Origin: Azolla caroliniana
Taxonomy: Eukaryota > Plantae > Polypodiophyta
Reading direction: 5' to 3'
Assembly: GCA_043228905.1 (NCBI GenBank)
Contig: JBHGNT010000012.1
Location: 21,080,001-21,144,000 of the forward strand
DNA length: 64,000 nt
The position numbers were made by a program, and so were the translations under genes. The notes beneath the pieces are model-generated. The model worked only from the letters and a program-made list of their open reading frames with translations. It had not been told where the DNA came from and searched no databases. Positions 1-10,700 of the stretch are shown one piece after another. How positions within the stretch are numbered: position 1 is the first letter of the stretch; each line of letters opens with the position of its first letter.

Positions 1-22
1 GATATCGGTATGTTCCGAAGAG

Positions 23-3000
23 ATGTACGAAGTCATCGCGAACTTCAGTCGGGGGTTCGGGTCGGATCAGACGGCCCGGGTTAGCACGAAGTACAAGACT
101 GTGGACCGGAAGGTAAGGCCAGTCGCGGCACCCTTACCGGAGGAAAGCGAATCCCGAATCAGAGGGGTTGCGTCGGACCCCAGTTTACGAGATCCGGTCT
201 GCATAGGGCACACCTTCACCGACGGGACGCTACGAGAGCTCAAGATCGGTGGGGGCGGGTTCCTGCTGCCGACGGAGGAAGACCGGTTTTGGAGAATGCT
301 CGGAAGGCACGGGAAAGCCTTCGCATTTTCGCCGGAAGAAATCGGGTGCGTAGACCCGACAATCGTGGAGCCGATGGTGATATTCACGGTACCGCATGTG
401 CCGTGGAATCTCAAGCCGATTCCGGTACCAAGAGCTCACATCCCGGAGTTGATGGAGCTATTGAGGCAGAAAGTCGATATGGGTATTCTCGAACCGTCGA
501 GCGCGCCATACTCGAACCGATGGTTTACCGTACCAAAGAAAAACGGAACATTGCACTTCATTCAAGACCTGCAGCCGGTCAACAGAGTGACCATTCGGAA
601 CGCAAGGATCGGACCGACCATAGACGAGTTCGCGGAGGCTTTCGCCGGAAGGTCGATTTACTCGGTCGGTGATCTGTACTCGGGGTACGACCAGTTCCAG
701 CTAGCCGTGGAGAGCAGAGACATTACGACGATGCGAACTCCCCTCGGCCTAGTGCGAATGTGTACCCTGCCACAAGGAGGGACCAACTCGGTGGCCCACA
801 TGGTGAATGCGATGAACAAGGTACTGAGGGATTGCATCCCGGACATCACCATGCCGTTTCTAGACGACATCCCGATCAAGGGGTGCCCGGTGGAAGAGAA
901 GGACGAAACACTCGGGCCGGACGGATGCCGGCGATTCGTGGCAGCACACATCGACGACTGCGAGAAAGTGCTACAAAGGCTAGAGGAGGCGAGGCTCACC
1001 TTCTCCGGGGAGAAATTGGCCTTCGGGCAATCGGAAATCTTGGTGGTCCGACACCTATGTGGACCATATGGCCGGAAGCCGTCTCCGGCAAAGGTAGAAG
1101 CCATCTCTGCGATGAAGACCGACTGTAACTCGGTTACGGATGTTCGGAGGTTCCTGGGGGCATGCGCGTTCTACCACATATGGATCCCGCATTACGCCCA
1201 CGTTGCGGAGCCGCTATACGGGTTGCTGAAGAAAGGGCGAAAATTCGAATGGCGAGACGAGCACACGGAGTCGGTCCGGAAGCTGAAGGAAGCTCTTGTG
1301 GCAGCACCGGCGCTCCGGAAGGCTGTCAACGAGAAGGGTACCCCGGTATACATAACAGATTCCATATGAGTCCGACCGGGATCGGGTGGGTCGTCAACCA
1401 AGAAGACGAGGACGACATTCGGTTCCCGATCCGATTCGGCGCGAAGGTCCTCAGTGAGCGACAACGAGGGTACGCCCAGGTTAAACGCGAACTCTGGGGT
1501 ATCGTTTCGGCAGTAAAGGCCGACAAAGACTACCTGATCGGGACAGAAGTGATTATCGAGACGGATTGCTTGCCAATTCTCGGCATGGTTTCCGGATGCG
1601 CGACACCGGACTTGGCGATGCTCAGGTGGATAGCGTACATCAAGTCCCTAGACCCGGAAATACGACACATTTCTGGAAAAGACAACGCCATGGCCGACAT
1701 GCTTTCGAGGGCGAGGTTTGATGACGAGGGCGGCATGGTTTCGGAGGACGAAGAAGTCGGCGTGGACTTCTTCGAGGCGGCGTACGTGACAACCGACGGG
1801 ACGAGCACTCCGGCACTTAACGACTTCGACGAGAGCAAGTACGACGGCGAGTGGCTCCAGATCGGTGGATTTTTGAGGACGATGACGCCAGATGCGCCAT
1901 GGACGAAGGACGAGGCCAACCGGATCCGGAAGAAAGCTTACCGATTCTTTCTCCAGGACGGATACTTATGGAAGCACCCGAAGAAGAGGAACGACGTCCC
2001 GCTCCGGGTGGTGGCGATGAAGGAAGAACAGGAGGAGCTGCTGACGGCCTACCACAACAGCCCTTGGGCTGGACACCGTGGAACGTGGGCCACGTTCGAG
2101 AAGATAAAGGGGAAGTACTGGTGGCCGGGACTGTACCGGGACGTGCATCGGTTCGTGACAACTTGCGAGAGCTGTCAGATGCACTCCGTAGTCCGACATC
2201 GGGACGAGCTTCTCCCTACGTGCCCTCCGACCATCCACTTCAAATGGATGGTAGACCTGGTGACGATGCCGATGGGAGTAGGACAATTGCGGTATCTGGT
2301 CCTGGCTCGAGAAGATCTAACAAACCAGGTAGAAGGCCGGGCCCTTCAGAACAAAACGATCGCGGCCGTATGTCGGTTCTTGATCGAGGACGTGATATGC
2401 CGGTACGGGTGCGTCGGAAGATCGTGGCTGATCCCGGGGAGTTGGACGCCGAAGAGGCCGAGGAGCTGTTCTACCGGCTAGGAGTCAAGCTCTCGCTTAC
2501 CACTGCGTACAATCCGGAGGCGAATGGGAAGGTGGAGCGTGGACACGGACCGATCGTCAAGGCATTAGTTTGGGCATGTGGAGGTCAAGTTGGGAACTGG
2601 CCGAGGCTGTTGCCTTACGCGTTGTGGGCGGACCGAACTACGCACAGTTCGGTAACCGGATTCATGCCGACAGAATTCATGTTTGGGCAGAAGCTGGTCA
2701 TGCCGATGGAACGTACGATCTCCTCGTGGGCAACCGTGGACTGGAGAGACGAGATGAGCCGGGAGGAACTGCTGGCGGCGCGTATACGACAGCTCGAGCG
2801 AAGACCGGAGGACGTGGAGCAGGCTGCGGAAAGGCTTCGGGAAGCAAGGATGAGGAACAAAGCCCGGTTCGACCGAACGCACCGGCTCCGACCGAAGAAG
2901 ATCGAGGAAGGCGACTGGGTGCTAGTCTACGACAGCAGCCTTGACAACCAGCACCGAGTGACACGGAAGTTCGCAAGAAGGTGGTTCGGGCCTTACGTGG

Positions 3001-3188
3001 TACAAAGCGCCAACGACAACGGGACGTACCATCTGGCGGAGCTCGACGACACGAGAATGGCGATACCGGTAGCTGGGAAGCGGATCAAAGCGTTCAAGAA
3101 GCGTCATGACGACGAGCCGGATCCGGTTGGGCTGGACCGCGACGACGAACGATCCGAAACCGAGGAAGAACCGACGGGCGGGGAATGA
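23..3188 (+). pseudogene. pol of element 1, split over three frames (23-1369, 1162-2481, 1851-3188)
   Basis: Domain continuity across ORFs implies frameshifts near 1365 (start of RNase H) and near 2420 (within integrase). Confidence 0.85.
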
Positions 3189-3261
3189 AGGCTGGACCGG
3201 TTTTCTCCGTCCTGACTCAATTTGGCGCATGCCGGTGGATGCGCGGTTAGGTGGGGGCGGA

Positions 3262-3891
3262 TGTCGTGAAGAAAACCGTCCACAAGCGGAATCGGTGCAC
3301 AGGAGCGTAGGAACCGGCTCTTCTCGAATGTTGTCCATAGAAGATCCTAGGCGAGTAGATTTAGTGGGTAGGAAGTAAAGGGGAAACGGCTCCTTCCTTG
3401 CCTATAAAAAGGAGGGAGACGAGAAGGGGGAGGGCATCGCGGAGAGTCAAGGACGAAGTGCTCTCGGTTTGCGTGCGAAGGCTTCTCTCTCTCTCTCTGG
3501 TTCGCAAACTCCATAGCTTCCTTCTGTGCAGGTTTTGGGAGGCTCGCGCTGCTCTGAGGAATGCCCGAGTGCTTCCGGCAACACCTCCAACCTGCTCCTG
3601 TCTTTCTGTGCGTTTACGAACAGGCATCGGCATCTGTTCGCCGGCTTGTTCGGTTGTAACCGACTTCGTGTTTTTGTTGCTTCCGTGTTCTTGTTGTTTT
3701 CTTTGTTAATACATACATACATTCGTGTCTCTCTGTGTCGCTGTCCCACTCGCGTCTTTGTGTCGAAGGGCCGTGTCCCTGTGAATCTACGCTCGCACGT
3801 AGTGGGTCTCTTGTCCTTTCTCTCTTGCTCTTCGGTACAGGACCCCTGAGGTCCCGCCTCATTCCACGCATCCGCGAGGAAAACCTCGACA
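3262..3891 (+). repeat. 3' LTR of element 1 (630 bp)
   Basis: TGTCG...CGACA inverted termini, directly after the PPT; TATAAAA at about 3403. Confidence 0.8.
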
Positions 3892-4465
3892 ACGCTAGCG
3901 GACCAACACTCCGAGGAACTCGGACAGCTGTTAGGCGACTTCGGGGAAAGTCAAGAGGATATTTTCAGCCGACTAATGGAGATCAGGAGCGAGCAACAAC
4001 GTACGAAGCCTACTACGGTACCCGATACCAATTCCACCGAGCACGGGAAGCCTCAGCCAAATTCACAAGAAATGACAACTACGCTAAGCAACATAGAGAA
4101 CGATACGGACAAGACAGAGCCTCAGTCAACCGCTTGCCCACAGACGGAAGCGACAACCGCAACAAACAAGAGTGAGCCAGCAGAGCCGAGTCCGACCACG
4201 CAGGGAGAAGTGGACAACATAGAAACCCCCACTACGGTTGAGCAAGGACAAGACGCGCAACAAAGCAACAAAGCACGGACGGACATTACGCCATCTCCGG
4301 ACTGGAACGTGCGAGTGGAGCCAAACATCCTGGACAACTTGGAGGATGAATAGAGGGATGGGTCCGACGTGCCATGGCACTTTCCCACAGGCATGCCAGG
4401 TGTTGTCCACCGGAATTGTAACCGCCGGACAGAATTCGTAAATATATTAGAAGCATTAAGAAAAG
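3892..4465 (+). mobile_element. Gypsy element A: end of 3' extra ORF (stop 4353), 47-bp spacer and first 65 bp of its 3' LTR (4401-4465)
   Basis: ORF 3976-4353 ends ..VEPNILDNLEDE*, homologous to ..TEPNIRGILEEH* of element B. TGTTGTCCACCGGAATTGTAACCG at 4401 resembles the reverse complement of element B's LTR start. Confidence 0.8.
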
Positions 4466-4905
4466 TGTTGCCTCTTAGGAACACGGTCCGTGGTCAGTCC
4501 GTCGACCTAGACCCCAAGGTGAGTGGGAACAACAAACAGAGCTTAAGCATACTGTGTAAGAAGAGAACCGATGTGGTTCCTCCGTGTGTAAGGGGAGACA
4601 GCTACAACCGACTCCTTATCACAGGTTGCGCTTACGTACTACTACGCTTACATATCCGAGACACAGACACTGAATTAGTCGTAGTTATACACAGAAACTC
4701 AGAGAAGATAGTATTCTATTATCAGGCATTCTTTTACAATTCTCAAAATTTACATGCACCTCCTTAAGAGGTTTTTTGCCCTTTATATATGCAGGGTCCA
4801 ATTAGCCATTCACGCGGGGAAGCGTGAACCGTTACATACGTTACACTTTATATAGTTTCTTATTCCTACGCTTTTGGCCGTCGGTTACTATTCCGGCGGG
4901 CAACA
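4466..4905 (-). repeat. 3' LTR of element B (440 bp)
   Basis: Near-identical to 30686-31109. Confidence 0.92.
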
Positions 4906-4952
4906 CCTGGCACGCCTGTGGGACAGTGCCTTTGCACGTCGGGCCCATCCCG

Positions 4953-7480
4953 TTAATGTTCTTCCAAAATGCCCCGGATGTTTGGCTCTGTTGTGGTGTC
5001 CTCGGCCGGAGTTCATGTAGGGCACGTATGTGCATCGTGGTGCGGCTCCTCTGCTTGGTCGGCCTGGTTTCTCCCGGAATCACCTTCGCCGTGTGCGGGT
5101 GGTCCGAGTATGGTGGGCTCTTCTTGAGTTAGTGGGCTGGCCTCCGCCGGTAGCCTGCTTGCAGTCGGTTGTTGCTCCGCCTCTATTGTTACGTCCTCCG
5201 CGGTGTTGGCCGTTTTTGTGTGTCCCTGGGTGTGGGGCGGGGATTCCGCCTGTTCCGCACTATTTTCCGCGTTTTCTGAAGATGGTGTGCGCTGGACCTT
5301 TTGTTGGTTAATGGTTTCGTTGTCTGGTCTTGTGGGGGACTCCGCTCATTCGTCCCCGGTATTCTCCCCCGTTGTCCTCGCTGGTGATCGGGCCTGAGGT
5401 TCCTCTTCTTCTGTTGTGACCGGAATTGGTGTCCCGCTGGGTTCCTCGTTTGTGTGCGTGTTGCCGGTTTGTGTGATCTGGTGAAATAGCTCCTCCTAAC
5501 TTTCACCAAAATCATCTAGGAGTTGTGCGAGTTCTTCGGAGTGTTGATCTGCTAACGCGCGATAGTCTTGCGCTAGGTCCTCCCGTACAGTCGCAATGCT
5601 CTCCTCGTTTAGCTTATAAAACACTCGGCCGTCTTTCCGCCGGTTCTCCCAATCCGCATGATACGCGTGCAATTCCGCTGATTGGGTTGCCCAGGCCATC
5701 CATCCTTTGTCCAGTGCCGTTTTCAATTGCGTTGTGAACCTTTCCCTGTTGGTTTGGAGAAGGATGCGCACGTTATCCGTGATGGCCTGGCAGCGGTTGC
5801 GTGCGTCTTCCATCAACTTCTGGAGATTCGCGATTTCCTGCTATTTAACGGCTGCCGCTTCCCATACGTGGCCTTCAGGCCCACCCACAACTGGGATTCC
5901 TTTTCATGCTATTTTTCTAATTTCCCCATTTCATTGTTTAGGCGGATTTCGAGTTGATGCCTTTTGTCTTGTTCAACTACCAACTGTTCATCAAACCATA
6001 CCTTCTTTTTTTCTAACAAGGCCCGAAGTCCCGCTATTTCCGCCTCTGATTTCTTCGCTTCCTCTCGTAATTGGGCATTGTCGTCTTTTGTCCGGCTGTG
6101 CTGAGCCACCTCCGTAGCCAGTTTCTCTTCAAGCGTTTTTACGGCTTTTCGTCCGTTAGCCCGTATCTCCTTTTCTCTGTCGGAGGATTGGCGTAGTTCT
6201 GCTCGAAGACGGTCAATTTCGGATTCCGCTAGCTGCACGACCCTTTTTGCTTTTGCGCGATGGCGGTCTGAGCCTCGATTTCTTCTTTGAGAGCGTTGAT
6301 AACGTGGTTCGGTGGCGGGGTTTCGTGTTGCGCCGTAGTCGTGTGAGCTTCCAACTCCGCGATGCGTGCGTTGGCCTTTTGTAGTTCGGCTTCGACCAGT
6401 TTAACCTTCTTCCAGACATTCTTATTTTTTTATGGCCATCTCCTTGGCGCCCGTACTGACCTTTGCCAGTTCCCGATGGACTTCGACTAGGGTCGTGTTT
6501 AAGGGTGGTATCTGCATCCCTACTCGCCGTACCCCGGCGTTCCTCTGTCTGCCGACCCTGGCTAGTCGGTCCTCATCGTCGCTCTTCGTTGTTTGTGTTA
6601 GGGCGCGCTCTATCATCTAACGTTCTGCATGCTCCTCGGCCATCCGTTGGGCGGCTTTGACCTGTTGTGTTGCCAAGAACTCCATGAGCTTGAAAGAGGT
6701 ACCAAACTGCAAGAGGGCGATGAATTCGTGGGCCGTATCCGGAATATCCGGATATGCCAAAACCTCGCTTTTCGCCGTCAATACGGCTTTCCCTCGCTGG
6801 GACTGAGTCGTAATAATCAGCCGCGGCTCCCGGATGATTTCGAAGGTAGTATTCAGCTCTGCTGTTGCGGGGCCTTCGCCTGCGGTCGGTGCCTCCGGAT
6901 CCGTGGGGGCGGTTTTTACCAACCCCCGCCCATCTTTTTTGTCCAATCTGCACCGGTTTGGTCTAGGGCTTTCCCCCCGTGCTTCGGTGTGTGGTTCTGG
7001 GGCTGCCTCCATGGGGTGTCTCGGTTGTTCCTCCTGCATCGCCCGTGTATCCGGTTGGTCGGTAGGAGGTGTTGTCCTTGGGACTGGTTGGGCCAGTTGG
7101 GGTTTCTCCTCCCACTCTAGGGCCGCTAACTCCGCTAACCTGCGTTTTGCGGAGCGGGGCGGTGTCGTGGGTTGGCTGGGCTGTGGTGCTGGTAGGCCTC
7201 GGGGTGGAAACAGTACCGTAAGGTATTGTTGGATGATTGGCCTGAGCTTTTTGCCTGCTTGGTATGCATGTAAGCCTTCCCTTAACGCCGTCCCTGTGAT
7301 GACCCCCCAGTCGACTGTACGCCCCTCAAAGGTGTCGATAATGATGCTTGCCTTCTGTTTAGGCATCCCATAAGCGTTGACATGGACGCAACCTACTTCC
7401 AGTAGGAACTTGGCAACTTCACGGAAGAAGGGATCCGGAATTTGTTTCGTTCTATTGGCTTTGGCGGAGGATGAGTATGG
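4953..7480 (-). pseudogene. 3' part of element B extra ORF downstream of pol (coiled-coil middle, low-complexity C-terminus)
   Basis: ORFs 6617-7492, 5909-6238 and 5496-5816 are collinear with stops and frameshifts. Joins ORF 24668-25135 in frame (..QRYFGP-YSSSAKAN..) once the Sola2 and one TSD copy are removed. Confidence 0.75.
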
Positions 7481-7731
7481 GGGTAAAAGCATGCGAGTGG
7501 AAACACTATTATAGCTAATTAGCTACTAAAATGGCCATAGCTAATTAGCTATTTGTTTAGCTAGTCTTTCTTGTGGGAAAATCAAATATTTGAAAAACTA
7601 ATTTATGAAAAAACTCAAATATTTGAACTTCTGTTTCAGACGTAGTGGAACTTGGGGAATATCACCATCATCTAAGGTCGACTTCAATGTCATCAATTTC
7701 CTGTTTAGCCTAAGTCTGATTTTGAACGCAG

Positions 7732-10700
7732 ATGGAGTACTCAGAGCACGAACGCAGACGTAGCTCCCGTAACAGCAAAAAATCGACATTGCAGATTGAG
7801 AGCTACAACACAGAACCCGCTCGATCATCGTCCAGGTATGTTTCAGTTACAGAAACCCCAAACATTTGTTTTTTCTTTTAGACTACTGTCTGAACTTTGG
7901 TGCCGATTCATATTTCCCCAAAATCGAATAGGGCGAAGTCCTTGGAGTCCCATACAAGGATGTCTCGCAAATCGGGGAGTAGCAACAGGTGTGTTTATAT
8001 TACTTTTTTTGTGTTTAATCCTGTCTTTAGTGATTAGGGTTTGTGATTGAAATTTCTGATTAGGGTTTGTGATTGAAATTTCTGATTAGGGTTTTTGATT
8101 ATAAATTTCTGATTAGAATTTCTGAATAGGGTTTCTGGTTACAAATTTTGATTACAAATTAGAATTTCTGAATAGGGTTTTTGTTTATAAATTTCTGCTT
8201 AGGATTTCTGATTAGGGTTTGTGATTGAAATTTTTTATTAGGGTTTCTGATTGAAATTTCTGATTAGGGTTTTTGATTATAAATTTCTGATTAGAATTTC
8301 TGAATAAGGTTTCTGGTTACAAACTTCTGATTACAGATTTTGATTAGGGTTTCTGATTTCAAACTTCTGATTACAGATTTTGATTAGGGTTTCTGATTTC
8401 AAATTTCTGAATACAAATTATGATTAGGGTTTCTGATTTGCTAAGTTAAAGATTTTGCACCATTTTTGTTGTTGTTGATTGGGGTTTTTGATTCTCACAT
8501 ATTCTGATTTTGCACTATTTCTGATTTCTGAAATGATATTTCAGATGGCTCGTTCCTCCGTATACGAGAGTGCTAAACTTCGCAAAATTTTGCGAGACAA
8601 AGGAGGACTTCCACAACACCTATGGTCTGTCACTCGAGGGTGTTGACCCTGCTGTCCTAAGTGATAAATTGATCAGTGATATAGACTGGATTGTTGGGAT
8701 TTCGGTCCCTCCGGATGGGATGTCCCCGGACACAAATGACGGCAAGCCCGGTTGCGGTTACAGAACCGGATGATGAAGAAGTACCCGGCATGAAGCCGGA
8801 CGAAGTGTACCCGGATGCGGATCCGGATGATGAAGACCCCGGTTACGGAGCCGGATGATGAAGACCCCGGCTACGGAGCCGGATGATGAAGACCCCGGTT
8901 ACGGAGCCGGATGCTGAATGTACCCGGAGAGAGATACGGATGCGGGGACATATTTGTGAATATGTTTGCCAAGAGCCCTTGAGGCTATATTTGTAAATAG
9001 CCCGAAAGTCATATGTGTATAAATATGACTTAGGGCAAACAGTTTATGTTTTGTTGCTCATTTTTCATGCGAAGTGAGAGCAGCCGAGAAAGAAAGAGAG
9101 AGAGAGAGACGAAGAGGTCGTTGCCTCTGTGTATTACCGCCGCCTGTGGCGAAGACAGTGAACTCAAGGTTGTTGCCTTGTAGCTTCACCATTGTACATC
9201 TCTGTTCATAGTGATAGTTGGAGTTTGAGGACTCCCGTGGTTTTTTCCCATTTAGGGTTTTCCACGTTAATCCCTGTGTCATCGTGTCTTTCTCTGTGTT
9301 TCCTATTTTCTGCTCCTTTGATTCCTAATTACTCGGTTGTGGCCGAAAGAGGAAGGTAAATCGGAGCGTCGATTCTCGACAAAGTGGTATCAGAGCGACG
9401 GTAACACAGAAGATGGAAGGCGGCGGTAGCGGGCAGCCGGGAATGATGGTGCTGAATGCGCAGAATTACGCCGACTGGAAGATCAAGATGGAGGATCTTC
9501 TGATTGTTCGGGACCTGTACGAACCGATTGACAGGTCGGAAATACCGAAGGGAGTACTTGAGTCGGAGTGGAAGCTCCTGAACCGGAAAGCAGTAGCGAC
9601 GATCCGGCAATATGTCGATGTAAGTGTCCTGCAACATGTGGCGAACGATACGAACGCCTATGAGATGTGGAAGAAGCTGTCGGGCCTCTATGAGAGGAAG
9701 AATGCGTTGAACCGGACCTCCCTGATGAGAAAGATAGTGAACCTCAAGTACCGGGACGGCGAGAGTATGGTGGAACACGTAAGCACGTTCATGGGATTCG
9801 TGAACCAGCTTGCGGCGATCAAGTTCCCATTGGAGGATGCAATGCAAGCCATCATCCTGATGTGTACATTGCCGGATAGCTGGGAGAACTTGGTGGTGAC
9901 TCTCAGCACCTCCTGCACCGAAGATAACTTGTCTCTACAAACGGTAAAGACAAGCATTTTGAACGAAGAAGCGCGTCGGAGAGATAAAGAACCGGTCTCC
10001 GACTCGAAGGCGTTGCTTACCGAATCGGAACGGGGAAGACAATGGAACCGGAGTCCTCAAAGACGGGAGAAGTCGGGGACCCGGTCGCAGTCAAGAGGAA
10101 GACCCACATGCTTCCACTGTGGGAAGCCGGGGCACTTCCGGAAGAATTGTCGGCATTACCGAAAGGACAACGGAGCCGACGACACCGATTCGAAGAAGTC
10201 ACCGGAGAGAAACGGTGCATACCGGGGAGCCACGGACCGGAGAGGTCCGGATCGGCGAGGGCAGGACCGGAAAGGAACGACGGCATTCGCGGCAAGTGAA
10301 GAAGAGATAATGCTCATTACCGAAGAGACGGAGCTAAACCTTGCCGGTGAAGAGATGACCTGGGTGGTCGATTCCGGAGCGTCGTTCCACCTGACCCCGG
10401 AGAAGAAATACTTCTCATCCTACACAGCCGGTGAGCATGGCTGTGTCCGGATGGGAAATGAAGGTACATGCCGGATTGCCGGCATAGGAGACGTGTGGCT
10501 GATGACATCAACCGGATGCAAGATGCTGCTGAAGGATGTTCGACACGTTCCGGAGGTCCGATTGAACCTGATCTCGGCCGGGAGGCTAGACGATGAAGGC
10601 TACACGGGCAGCATCCGGAACGGTGTCATGAAGTTCAGCAAAGGGAGCCTGATAGTGGCTCGGGCCCGGAAGGTCAACACACTGTACCTGATGAATTCCC

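Larger units (their letters stand above)
1..3891 (+). mobile_element. Ty3/Gypsy LTR retrotransposon (element 1), 5' part outside window; RT-RNaseH-INT, PPT and 3' LTR
   Basis: RT (..DLYSGYDQF.., LPQGGTNS, FLDD), RNase H and integrase (GHRG..TF..C..C, TAYNPEANGKVER, GPY) in Gypsy order. PPT-like AGGTGGGGGCGGA just before TGTCG at 3262; the LTR ends CGACA at 3891. Confidence 0.9.

Noticed and set aside
4906-4924. PBS indicating that element B is on the plus strand, or a tRNA gene
   Set aside because: gag-pol, the extra ORF and the TATA orientation are all minus-strand with their own PBS at 30681. No full cloverleaf is present. Reported instead as an inverted second PBS.
8031-8438. Interstitial telomere
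   Set aside because: TTAGGG cores are spaced within ~26-bp units, not contiguous TTTAGGG repeats.
8545-8646. ATG at 8545 as start of the accessory gene
   Set aside because: That frame stops after 33 codons. The long frame requires a phase-2 splice from the exon at 7732-7835.
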